A stretch of DNA of 32,705 nt from Hyphomicrobiaceae bacterium (GTDB lineage Bacteria > Pseudomonadota > Alphaproteobacteria > Rhizobiales > Hyphomicrobiaceae): positions 1 to 32,705 of the forward strand of contig JBMOGA010000045.1 of NCBI GenBank assembly GCA_049318625.1, in the 5' to 3' direction. This document shows positions 9,124-17,817 of this stretch, piece after piece. The notes under the pieces are model-generated. The model made no database searches, had not been told where the DNA came from, and was given only the letters and a program-made list of their open reading frames with translations. Each line of letters starts with the position of its first letter. Positions within the stretch are counted from its first letter, which is position 1. Position numbers and translations under genes: made by a program.

Positions 9124-10926
9124 CTACAGGATGAAGTCGGAGGCGCGCAGTTCGTAGTGGCCGAGCAGGGCGAATTCGAAGTTGGCGGCGACGCTCGTGT
9201 CGTTGTTGGCCGCAACGATGGTGTGCGCGGTGCCGCCGATCGATTCGTGACGGAACACGAGTTGGGCCGGCGCGGTGATGCGGGACAAGGCCGTCTCGTT
9301 CAGTGTGAACTCCTGGTCGCCGGCGAGCCTCGTGTTGGCATCGATCTGCGACAGGTCGATGCGGTCGGTGCCCTGAACGAAATCCAGGATGACGTCGCGG
9401 GTGAGCGCGGTCTTGCCGGTCTCGGTGGCTTTGACGATGCGGAACGTGTCGGCGCCTGCCCCACCGGTCAGCTTGTCGGCACCGGCACCGCCGACGATCG
9501 TGTCGGCACCGGCGCCACCGTCGAGCGTATCGTTGCCGGCGCCGCCATCGAGATGATCGCTGCCGTCCTGGCCGTGCAGCGTCTCCGCCAACGTGCCGCC
9601 GACAATGGTGTCGCCGTAGGCCGAGCCGCTGATGCCTTCGATGCCCTTGAAGCGGTCGCCGGTGGCATCGCCGCCGGTGCCGCCCTTCATCACGTCGAGG
9701 ATGATGCCGAGGGTCGCGTCGTCGTAGCTGACCCAATCGAAGCCGGTGCCGCCGTTGAGGGTATCGGCTCCGGCGCCGCCGACCAGGGTGTCGTTACCGA
9801 GGCCGCCGTCGAGGGAATCGTTACCCTGACCGCCGGCGAGCCGATTGTTGGCAACGTTGCCGACGATCTTGTCATTGCCACTGCCGCCGATCGCGTTCTC
9901 GATCAGGGAGCGCGTGTCCTTTTTGAAGAGCAGGGCGTTGGCGACGTTGCCGGCGGCGAGCTTTGTGCCGCGGCCGTTGAGGTCGGCGCGTTGGCCCTCG
10001 GCAAACGTGCTCCAGGCGCCGGGCGCCAGATTGAGGGTCAGGTTGCTGGCGTAGTCGGACAGATCGTAGGTGTCGGTGCCGCCGCCGTCCCACACCGTCA
10101 TGAAGACCCGATTGCCGGCCGGGGTGCCCTGCGAGATGCCGTTGATCTCCATGGCGCCCGTCGATGCGCTCCACTTGTAGACGGTATCTCCGGCGTTGGT
10201 CGCGTAGTTGGCGCCGTAGAGCTTCTGGATGGCCGCGATGTCGTAGAGCATCAGCGACTGGGCGTAGCTCGCGCTTTCGTTGACGTAGCCCGTGCGCACG
10301 CTCGCCCCCGCGTAGGAGGCGTAGGTCATCACGGTGTATTCCATGCTGTTGGCGGCGCCGGTCAGCGCCTTGAAGGAGCCCGAGGCCTCGTGGGCATGCT
10401 TCAAGCCGACGGCGTGGCCGAGTTCGTGCAGAACCGTGTGGAAGGCGTAGTTGCCGACCTGCGGCGCTGCGTACCAGCCCTTCGACTGGTTGAACCAGAC
10501 GTCGCCGCCCTGTTCCTCCGCCGTCGGATAGTAGGCCCAGGCGGTGCCGGGCATGTCGGATTGGGCGAAGCGCAGCGTGCCGGCGCCGGCGGCTGCGGCC
10601 GTGAAGCTCAGATTGGAGACCGAGGAGAACATGCCGAGCGCGGCGACGATGGCGCTCTGCTGGGTGGCGTTGACGGCGGCGAAGTTGTTCTGGGCCTCGC
10701 CCGTGTAGCCGTACTGTCCGGCACTGGTCGGAAAGCTATAGGTGATGTTCGGGGACGACCATTTGACGCCGCTGAGCAAGCCGTCGACGGTGGCGATGCG
10801 GGTCGAACCGACTCCCTCGCTGGACGCCTCCCCGGCGGCGACCGGCCCGAAGGCGGGCTCGAAACCGCGGGCGTGGGCAGAGACCGGGGTGCCCTTCTTG
10901 CCGGACGCAGAACACAGGACGCACAT
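9124..10926 (-). CDS. Serralysin-like zinc metalloprotease (M10B) with C-terminal RTX calcium-binding repeats, paralog 1; type I secretion substrate
   Basis: HEXXHXXGXXH zinc motif (HELGHAVGLKH), Met-turn YTVMTY, about 10 GGxGxD nonapeptide repeats, and a C-terminus ...ASDFIL typical of a T1SS signal. ATG 10926. Confidence 0.9.
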   Translation of the reverse strand: MCVLCSASGKKGTPVSAHARGFEPAFGPVAAGEASSEGVGSTRIATVDGLLSGVKWSSPNITYSFPTSAGQYGYTGEAQNNFAAVNATQQSAIVAALGMFSSVSNLSFTAAAAGAGTLRFAQSDMPGTAWAYYPTAEEQGGDVWFNQSKGWYAAPQVGNYAFHTVLHELGHAVGLKHAHEASGSFKALTGAANSMEYTVMTYASYAGASVRTGYVNESASYAQSLMLYDIAAIQKLYGANYATNAGDTVYKWSASTGAMEINGISQGTPAGNRVFMTVWDGGGTDTYDLSDYASNLTLNLAPGAWSTFAEGQRADLNGRGTKLAAGNVANALLFKKDTRSLIENAIGGSGNDKIVGNVANNRLAGGQGNDSLDGGLGNDTLVGGAGADTLNGGTGFDWVSYDDATLGIILDVMKGGTGGDATGDRFKGIEGISGSAYGDTIVGGTLAETLHGQDGSDHLDGGAGNDTLDGGAGADTIVGGAGADKLTGGAGADTFRIVKATETGKTALTRDVILDFVQGTDRIDLSQIDANTRLAGDQEFTLNETALSRITAPAQLVFRHESIGGTAHTIVAANNDTSVAANFEFALLGHYELRASDFIL

Positions 10927-11001
10927 GCACAGACTCCGGGCGGTCGACGGGACGGCTCACAGGAGTTGGCAGTGTACGGGTGTGCAACCTTTGATTGTTT
11001 T

Positions 11002-11027
11002 AAGCGGACCGATAAAGTTGTCCGCTT
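11002..11027. promoter_or_regulatory. Perfect 8-bp inverted repeat hairpin between the two protease paralogs
   Basis: AAGCGGAC-N10-GTCCGCTT, in an AT-richer spacer (TTGATTGTTTTAAG) between stop 11086 and start 10926. Possible intercistronic terminator, attenuator or processing site. Confidence 0.3.
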
Positions 11028-11085
11028 GGGCGGCATCCCGCGGCTGCCGGCGGTGGTCCGAGCGCGGTCGTTACGCGGGTGGTTT

Positions 11086-12894
11086 CTAAAGGATGAACTG
11101 GGCTTGCGACAACGTCACGGCCCCGATCAGCGCGATCGAGAAGTCGGCAGCCAGATTGGCGTTGGTGTTGCCTTCGACGAGGGTGATGACGGTGCCGTCG
11201 GCCTGGCTCGTGGTCCGATAGATCAGCTGGCCAGCGGCGGTCAGCGTGGCGCCCTCGTCCAACAGCGTGAAGCTCTGGTTTCCCGAGACCGCCGTGTTGG
11301 CATCGATCAGGGACAGGTCGATGAGATCTTCGATGTCGCTGAAGTCGAGGATGAGGTCGCGATTGATCGCCGTCTTGCCGCTGTCCACCGTTGCGTTGAA
11401 CCGGAATACGTCGGCGCCCGTGCCGCCGGTCAACCGGTCGGCACCGGCGCCGCCCACGATGGTGTCGTCGCCCGCGCCACCATACAGCGTATCGGCGCCG
11501 GCGAGCCCCATGAGGAGGTCGGCGCCGTCGGCACCGTCGAGGCTGTTCGCCGAGGACGATCCGGACAAGGTGTCGGCGTGAGTGGATCCAATCAGCCCCT
11601 CGATGCCGACGTAGCGGTCGCCGACGGCGTCGCCGGCGCGGGCGGTGGAGTTCGACAGGTGGGCGACGACGCCGGCATCGGACGACAGATAAGAGGCCCA
11701 GTCGTACCCTGCGCCGCCGTTCAACGTATCGGCACCGGTGCCGCCGTCGAGCGTATCGGCGCCATTGCCGCCCGCCAGGCTGTCGTTGCCGGCGCCGCCT
11801 TGCAGCAGATTCGCGGCGTTGTTGCCGGTGATCTTGTCGTTGCCGGTGCCGCCGACCGCGTTTTCGATCAGGGCGCGGGGGTCGTTCTCGAACAGCTGCG
11901 CGTTGGCGATGTTGCCGGGTGGGCGCTTGGTGCCGGCGCCGTTGAGCGCGGCGAGTTGGGCGGTGGATACGGTGCTCCAGCTACCCGGCAGTAGGCTGAT
12001 CTTGAGATTGGTCGCGTAGTTGGAGAAGTCGTAGGTGTCGATCCCGCCACCGTCCCAAACGGTCATGAAAATGGTGTTGGAGACCGGGTCGCCCTGCTCC
12101 ACGCCGTCGATCCGGAACGCGCCCGTCAGAGGGTCCCATCGATAGGTCGTATCATCGGCATTATGGTCGTAGTTGGCGCCATAGAGCTGTTGGAGTGCGC
12201 GGATGTCGTTGATCATCAGCGACTGTGCGTAGCCGCCTTCGGCATTCGTGTAGCCGGTGAGCCGGGCCCCCGCGTAGGAGGCATAGGACATGACGGAATA
12301 CGCCATGCTGTTGTTGGCTCCGCTCACGGATCGGAAGGCGCCGGCCGTCTCGTGGGGATGCTTGAGCCCGAGTGCATGGCCGATCTCGTGCAGGACGGCT
12401 TGGAAGGCGTAGTTGCCGATCTCGGGAGCATCGAACCAACCGGTCGAGGCATTGAACCAGATATCGCCGCCTTGCTCTTCGTCACCGTCCGGATAGTACG
12501 CCCACGCGGTGCCCGGCAGGTCGGAGCGGGCGAAGCGCAGCAGGCCTTCGCCGGGCGCCGCGGCGGTGAAGGTGAGACCCGACACAGCCGAGATCATGCC
12601 GAGCACCTTGTGGATGGCGGCCTGCTGGGCGGCGTTCACGGCGGAGAAGTTGGTCTGCGCCTCGCCGGTATAGGCGTAGTCGTCGGCGCTGCTCGGGAAA
12701 CTGTAAGTCAGGCTCGTGCTGGCCCATTTCGTGCCCATCAGTAGCCCGTCGATGGCGGATACCCCCGTCGGGCCAAACGTCGTCACCGTGCCGATGGTGC
12801 CGGTGCCGACAGGGCTCGCCCACCCGGCAGTCTGTTGACTGGTCGCCGGTCCAGATCTCGAGCCCTGGGTATTGGCATTGCACAAGATGCACAT
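11086..12894 (-). CDS. Serralysin-like zinc metalloprotease (M10B) with RTX repeats, paralog 2
   Basis: HEIGHALGLKH zinc motif, Met-turn YSVMSY, GGxGxD repeats, C-terminus ...AQFIL. ATG 12894 follows GGGGAAG. About 60% identity to paralog 1, with the shared N-terminus MC[VI]LC. Confidence 0.9.
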   Translation of the reverse strand: MCILCNANTQGSRSGPATSQQTAGWASPVGTGTIGTVTTFGPTGVSAIDGLLMGTKWASTSLTYSFPSSADDYAYTGEAQTNFSAVNAAQQAAIHKVLGMISAVSGLTFTAAAPGEGLLRFARSDLPGTAWAYYPDGDEEQGGDIWFNASTGWFDAPEIGNYAFQAVLHEIGHALGLKHPHETAGAFRSVSGANNSMAYSVMSYASYAGARLTGYTNAEGGYAQSLMINDIRALQQLYGANYDHNADDTTYRWDPLTGAFRIDGVEQGDPVSNTIFMTVWDGGGIDTYDFSNYATNLKISLLPGSWSTVSTAQLAALNGAGTKRPPGNIANAQLFENDPRALIENAVGGTGNDKITGNNAANLLQGGAGNDSLAGGNGADTLDGGTGADTLNGGAGYDWASYLSSDAGVVAHLSNSTARAGDAVGDRYVGIEGLIGSTHADTLSGSSSANSLDGADGADLLMGLAGADTLYGGAGDDTIVGGAGADRLTGGTGADVFRFNATVDSGKTAINRDLILDFSDIEDLIDLSLIDANTAVSGNQSFTLLDEGATLTAAGQLIYRTTSQADGTVITLVEGNTNANLAADFSIALIGAVTLSQAQFIL

Positions 12895-13379
12895 TGTCTG
12901 CTTCCCCAGTTTGGCGGGTCCCCGCCAGCGTCTGGATACTCGCAGGCGACGTGCTCATATTGTCTTTCGACGGATCATATGGCTTGGAACAACTGAGAAC
13001 AGCCCTAACGAAGTGTTGCCCCGGGGAAGGGCTCAGGGACTTCCGACTGTTGCGCCGGTCGGGCTCCATGGGGTGGGTGATTCGTGGCCTGCGGCGGCTC
13101 GAACCCCGTCGGCGGGCGATTGGGCTTGGCGGTCGGCCTCAAAACGCCTCAAAGGGCGATCAGATGTTTAGCGGCCTCCCGGTCGGGGTTGCCCGGTCCG
13201 GCTTGTCTGACAGTGTGACCCAAGCACAACGGTGCGGCGGGTGGGTGCCCACTTTGAGCCATAAATGATGTGCGCTTGCAGACCTGAACGGCGGCTGAAC
13301 GACAGTTGTGTGACGGCGGTCAGGGTGCCAAGGCTGAACTTCGGCGTGTGGTTGCGTCGCAGGACCTAGTCGGGGTCGG

Positions 13380-13398
13380 CCGGGGACTGCGTCCCCGG
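13380..13398. promoter_or_regulatory. Perfect palindrome CCGGGGAC-TGC-GTCCCCGG in the 790-bp leader/intergenic region
   Basis: 8-bp perfect inverted repeat with a 3-nt spacer. Overlaps the 14-mer CTGCGTCCCCGGAC (13387-13400), which recurs at 32527-32540 and 32589-32602. Confidence 0.35.
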
Positions 13399-13685
13399 AC
13401 TCGGGAAGCGGCCGAACTGGAAGGCAGGAGCGATGGACGCGGAATCGATCGCCGGCTCGAGATTGGCTTGGTCCCTGGAGCTTGTCCGGGCGGCGTGCCG
13501 AGGTGAGCGGGCGGCTGGCGGGATCGTGTTGGGGAAGACGAGTGCGCCCGAACGGCGGCGCTCGGCGTGGAAAGCGTCGGGGGGCGGCTATCAGGGTGGT
13601 GTTCTCAGAAAATTCGCCGATCCGGTGGTGGTGGCCCGTCAGGGCGCACGCACGCATGGCGGCGGCAAGGCGGAAGTGACTTGCT

Positions 13686-14711
13686 ATGCGGATGTTTGAG
13701 CGAGCGCTCGCGCTTGTTCTTCTGGTGACGGTGCTGCCGATGACGGCCGCCGCTGCGGGGCGCGTGGACGGCGCGCCGCCTCAGGTGGTTCTGGACCAAG
13801 GCCTCAAGGCCTATCGGTCCGGCAAGCTATCGGTTGCCATTCCTGCGCTCGAGCAGGTTGCGGCCGTGGACAGCCGCGAGGGCTTCCTGGCCCAGTTCTA
13901 TCTCGGCCGGATCTATTCCGACAATTCGCACCCGCTGACGGACCACGCCAAGGCCTACATGCTCTACCAGCGGATTGCCGATGCTTATGCGGACATCGAT
14001 CCCGATGACGATCAGCGCGCTCCATTCGTCGCCAAGGCGCTGCTGGCGCTGGCCAGTTATCTGCGCCAGGGCGTGAGTGGCATCGGTCTCAAGGCCGACA
14101 CCGAACGGGCCGCCCAATACCTGCATCACGCGGCGACCTTCTTCGCCGACGAGGACGCGCAGTTCGAATTGGCCAAACTGTTTCTGACCGGGGACGGGAT
14201 CTCCCCCGATGTGCGGCGGGCCGTCCACTGGTTCTCGGTGCTGAGCCAGCGGGGGCATCCCGGCGCCCAGGCGTTCCTGGCGGATCTCTACTGGCGCGGC
14301 CGTCATGTTCCGAAGAATGCCGAGCGCGCGCTGGCGCTTGCTACGTTGGCCGCCGAAGGGGCGCCGAGTACCGAGCGGATCTGGATCGAGGATATCTATC
14401 ACCGCATCTACTGCGGCACTTCGGACGGGCAACGTTCCGATGCTGGTGGTGTGGTCGCCGACTGGCGCCACAAGTACGGCCGGGCGCCCGAGCCCGAGCG
14501 TCCGAATGGGCTTTGGACCACGCCGACCCGGGCCTGCGACGACGGCCGTATCGTGCCGGTGCCGGCCACCAATCGGCGGGGAACAGAGGGGGCTGTCCGG
14601 GCGATGGGGACCGAGCTTCAGGCCGGCAACCCCGATGTCGCGACGGCGGCGACAGCAGCGCCCGCCAGCACGCTGCTCGAGATCGGTACGCGGCCGGTTC
14701 GCAATCCCTGA
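13686..14711 (+). CDS. Sel1-repeat (TPR-like) periplasmic protein, ExoR-like
   Basis: Signal peptide MRMFERALALVLLVTVLPMTAAAAG, and several Sel1-like repeats (AQFYLGRIY, ELAKLFLTGDGISPDVRRAVHWFSVLSQRGHPGAQAFLADLYWRG). Divergent from the protease cluster. Confidence 0.7.
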   Translation: MRMFERALALVLLVTVLPMTAAAAGRVDGAPPQVVLDQGLKAYRSGKLSVAIPALEQVAAVDSREGFLAQFYLGRIYSDNSHPLTDHAKAYMLYQRIADAYADIDPDDDQRAPFVAKALLALASYLRQGVSGIGLKADTERAAQYLHHAATFFADEDAQFELAKLFLTGDGISPDVRRAVHWFSVLSQRGHPGAQAFLADLYWRGRHVPKNAERALALATLAAEGAPSTERIWIEDIYHRIYCGTSDGQRSDAGGVVADWRHKYGRAPEPERPNGLWTTPTRACDDGRIVPVPATNRRGTEGAVRAMGTELQAGNPDVATAATAAPASTLLEIGTRPVRNP

Positions 14712-14729
14712 TCGGGGCTCGTCCAGGGC

Positions 14730-15512
14730 TCAGATCGCAATCTCGACCCAAACCGGCACGTGGTCGGACGGCTTCTCCCAGGCGCGCGTCTGCTTGTCGA
14801 TGCCGGTTGCGATGAGCCGATCGGCAGCCTGGGGCGACAGCAGCACGTGATCGATGCGGATACCGTCGTTCTTCTGCCAAGCGCCGGCCTGATAGTCCCA
14901 GAACGTATAGAGGTCTTCCCCGGGGGCGGTGGCGCGGATGGCGTCAGTCCAGCCCTGTGCGAGCAGCGATCGGAAGGCTGCCCGGCTCTCTGGCTGGAAG
15001 AGCGCATCGCCGGTCCAGCGGTCTGGAAATCGGGCGTCGCGCGGTTCGGGGATGACATTGAAGTCGCCGGCCAGTATGGCCGGCATTTCCAGAGCGAGCA
15101 GGCCACGGGCGTGGCGATGCAGACGTTCCATCCAAGCCAGTTTGTAGGTGAATTTGTCGGTGCCGACCGGATTGCCGTTGGGGAGATAGAGGCCGCCGAT
15201 CCGAAGGGCCCCGTCACCGGTCGCGACGATCGCCTCGATGTAGCGGGCCTGGAGGTCGTCGGTATCGCCGGGGAGCCCGGTCACCACGTCCTCGATCGGG
15301 TGTCGCGACAACAGGGCGACACCGTTGAAACCCTTCTGGCCATGGACGGCCACATTGTAGCCGAGCGCGCTCAGTGACTCGGTCGGGAACAATTCATCGA
15401 CGCATTTGATCTCCTGGAGGCAGGCAATGTCCGGGCGCGCCTCGGCCAGCCATGTCGGCAGGCTCTCCGATCGCGCCTTGATTCCATTGACGTTCCAGGT
15501 TGCGATTTTCAT
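14730..15512 (-). CDS. xthA: Exodeoxyribonuclease III
   Basis: 260 aa. N-terminus MKIATWNVNGIKAR and the EEP-nuclease motifs (QEIK, GDFN, IDHVL). ATG 15512. Confidence 0.9.
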   Translation of the reverse strand: MKIATWNVNGIKARSESLPTWLAEARPDIACLQEIKCVDELFPTESLSALGYNVAVHGQKGFNGVALLSRHPIEDVVTGLPGDTDDLQARYIEAIVATGDGALRIGGLYLPNGNPVGTDKFTYKLAWMERLHRHARGLLALEMPAILAGDFNVIPEPRDARFPDRWTGDALFQPESRAAFRSLLAQGWTDAIRATAPGEDLYTFWDYQAGAWQKNDGIRIDHVLLSPQAADRLIATGIDKQTRAWEKPSDHVPVWVEIAI

Positions 15513-15623
15513 GTTTACTCCGTCGGCACTTTAACGTTGCAAGTGTTTCGCCAAATTATAGAAAAATTAGTCACCAATTATTGAGGCGTACACGCGAGAA
15601 AATGCATCCAGGGAGGTTGTGAT

Positions 15624-15971
15624 ATGGACATTTCTCTTTACCAGAAAACAACCACGAAGCGCCCGGTTTTCGTGCCCGCTCTTGCAGCGGCCAACGTATT
15701 GTTCGCCCTTGTTTGTCTGGTGGCTTGGCCTCATGTCGCGGTGTGGCTGGAGCCGATCGTGAGCTGGGTCAGTGGGCAGTCCATTGGCTTGCACCCGCGA
15801 CCGATGAGCCTGCCGTTCCTGCTGGTCTGGCTGGTGCCGGCCGGCGCTGGTATCGTCGGCTGGACGCTGACCGAATGCGGCACGCTCGCGCTGGAGCGTC
15901 CGATCACCTTGTTTCCACTGGTTTATGCCGCGGCTGCCGTCTTCCTGGCAGTTGTCGACGGCTGGAACTGA
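15624..15971 (+). CDS. Small hypothetical membrane protein (115 aa, about 3 TM helices)
   Basis: ATG 15624 with a strong SD (GGGAGG). Hydrophobic segments, and a lower-GC 5' end. Sits in an AT-rich divergent region with xthA. Confidence 0.5.
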   Translation: MDISLYQKTTTKRPVFVPALAAANVLFALVCLVAWPHVAVWLEPIVSWVSGQSIGLHPRPMSLPFLLVWLVPAGAGIVGWTLTECGTLALERPITLFPLVYAAAAVFLAVVDGWN

Positions 15972-16063
15972 GCCGGCGTGAGGCGTGACCGACCGGAACG
16001 GCTTCGCGGAAGGGGCTCGATCACGCCTGGGGGCGAACGGCCCGAACCCGGGAGAAGGTCAAT

Positions 16064-16396
16064 CTAGACGGCAAAGCTCGTCCCGCACCCGCACGATGAC
16101 GATGCGTTGGGGTTATTCACCTTGAACGCGGCGCCGATCAGATCGTCGACGAAGTCCACCTCCGCTCCGAGCAGATAGGGCAGCGACACGGCGTCGACGA
16201 GCAGCCGCGCGCTGCCTTGCGCGACGACGGTATCGTCGGGCGTCGGTTCGGCCGGTAGATCGAACCGGTATTGGAACCCCGAGCAGCCACCACCCTCCAC
16301 GCTCAAGCGCAGGACGGCGGCGGCGCCGTCGGCCGCGGCGATCTGGGCGATGCGACTGGCGGCTCGGTCGGTCAGGCGGACGCTGGGAAGGCTCAT
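16064..16396 (-). CDS. erpA: Iron-sulfur cluster insertion protein ErpA / HesB-IscA family
   Basis: 110 aa from ATG 16396. C-terminal motif CGCGTSF and the FQYRF region of A-type carriers. Confidence 0.85.
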   Translation of the reverse strand: MSLPSVRLTDRAASRIAQIAAADGAAAVLRLSVEGGGCSGFQYRFDLPAEPTPDDTVVAQGSARLLVDAVSLPYLLGAEVDFVDDLIGAAFKVNNPNASSSCGCGTSFAV

Positions 16397-16547
16397 GGCG
16401 AGGGCTCTCGGCTCGGTTCGGCGGGCTCGGGCGCAGAGGCTTGCATGCTGCGAGGAGTCGCGGCAAGGGAAGATGGGGTCGGTCGGACGTCTGGCCAAGG
16501 CCTCATCGCGATCGTGTTGTGACCAGCCGCCGTGCGGAGCGTCAGCC

Positions 16548-17750
16548 ATGCCCCTGCCGCCACTCGCCCCGGGTGCCCGCGCGCCAGCCCCTTACGCTGC
16601 CTCGTCGATACCCGGTCGCGGCCGACTGCACGCCGAGCCAGCCTGCCCGACGCGCAGCCCGTTTCAGCGTGATCGAGACCGGGTCGTTCACGCGACCGCG
16701 TTCCGGCGCCTGACGCACAAGACCCAGATGTTCATCTATCACGAGGGCGATCACTATCGGACGCGGCTGACGCACAGTCTCGAGGTTGCCCAGATCGCCC
16801 GCACGGTGGCTCGGCAGTTGCGGCTCGACGAGGATCTCGCGGAGGCGCTGGCACTGGCGCACGACCTCGGGCATCCGCCATTCGGGCACGCTGGCGAGCG
16901 TGCGCTCGATCGGCTGATGAAGCCCTACGGGGGCTTCGATCACAATGTGCAGAGTTTCCGGCTCGTGACGCGGCTCGAGCGGACCTACATGGACTTCGAC
17001 GGGCTCAACCTGACGTGGGAGTGTCTCGAAGGTCTCGTCAAGCACAACGGGCCGCCGCTGCTCGATCGCGGACCCGCCGGGGGGACGCTCGTCCATGCGC
17101 TTCGCCATTTCGACGCGCGGCTTCCGCTCGACCTGCACCGGCAGCCGTCGGCCGAGGCGCAAGTGGCGGCGCTGGCCGACGACGTTGCTTGGCACAGCCA
17201 CGACATCGACGACGGGCTGCGCGCCGGCCTGATCAGGCTCGAAGATTTGGACAGTGTGCCGCTCGTCGAGCCGATCGTGCGCCAACTTCGCTCGCGGCCG
17301 CCGGTAGAAGCGAGCCGCATGTTTTATGCGGTGACGCGGCAGCTGATCACCGATCTCATTTCGGACATTGTGACGGAAAGCAGTGCACGACTGGCGGAGA
17401 TGGCGCCGGATACGGCGGATGTCGTGCGCGCCGCCGATCAGTCGATCGTCGCCTTCTCACCCGCGATGCAGGCACGGCTCGCTGAGTTGCGCCACTTCCT
17501 GTTCGCCCGCCTCTACCGACATGCCCGGGTCGAACGCGTGATGGTGTCTGCGGAAGGGTTGGTCGAGGATCTGATCGAACGCTACCGAGCCGATCCGGGC
17601 CAGATGCCGGGTAGCTGGGCGGCGGCGTCCCGGCTCGGCGACGAGCGCCGCCGCAATCGCGTGATCGCCGACTTCGTGGCCGGCATGACCGATCGCTACG
17701 CGATTGCCGAGCATCGCCGTCTGTTTGACGCTACCCCTGATTTGCGTTAG
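16548..17750 (+). CDS. dgt: Deoxyguanosinetriphosphate triphosphohydrolase-like protein (HD domain)
   Basis: The translation has FQRDRDRVVHATAFRRL, then an HD domain (HSLEVAQIAR...HDLGHPPFGH). ATG 16548. The erpA-dgt-argS order is conserved. Confidence 0.85.
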   Translation: MPLPPLAPGARAPAPYAASSIPGRGRLHAEPACPTRSPFQRDRDRVVHATAFRRLTHKTQMFIYHEGDHYRTRLTHSLEVAQIARTVARQLRLDEDLAEALALAHDLGHPPFGHAGERALDRLMKPYGGFDHNVQSFRLVTRLERTYMDFDGLNLTWECLEGLVKHNGPPLLDRGPAGGTLVHALRHFDARLPLDLHRQPSAEAQVAALADDVAWHSHDIDDGLRAGLIRLEDLDSVPLVEPIVRQLRSRPPVEASRMFYAVTRQLITDLISDIVTESSARLAEMAPDTADVVRAADQSIVAFSPAMQARLAELRHFLFARLYRHARVERVMVSAEGLVEDLIERYRADPGQMPGSWAAASRLGDERRRNRVIADFVAGMTDRYAIAEHRRLFDATPDLR

Positions 17751-17817
17751 CGGCCACGCAACGTGCGGCGCGTTCGCGGGCCGCCATCCTTGCTTCGCTC
17801 AGTTCGAGGTCGTGCTC

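Noticed and set aside
12894-13268. ORF 12894..13268+ (124 aa) and 13160..13657- (165 aa) in the long intergenic region.
   Set aside because: The first is antisense to and overlaps the protease start. Both are Arg/Gly/Pro-rich with no domain-like features or SD. They are treated as non-coding.
16548-17750. dGTPase (dgt) as a possible anti-phage dNTP-depletion defence gene.
   Set aside because: It sits in the universally conserved erpA-dgt-argS housekeeping synteny of Rhizobiales, with no partner defence genes. It is most parsimoniously the core dGTP triphosphohydrolase.
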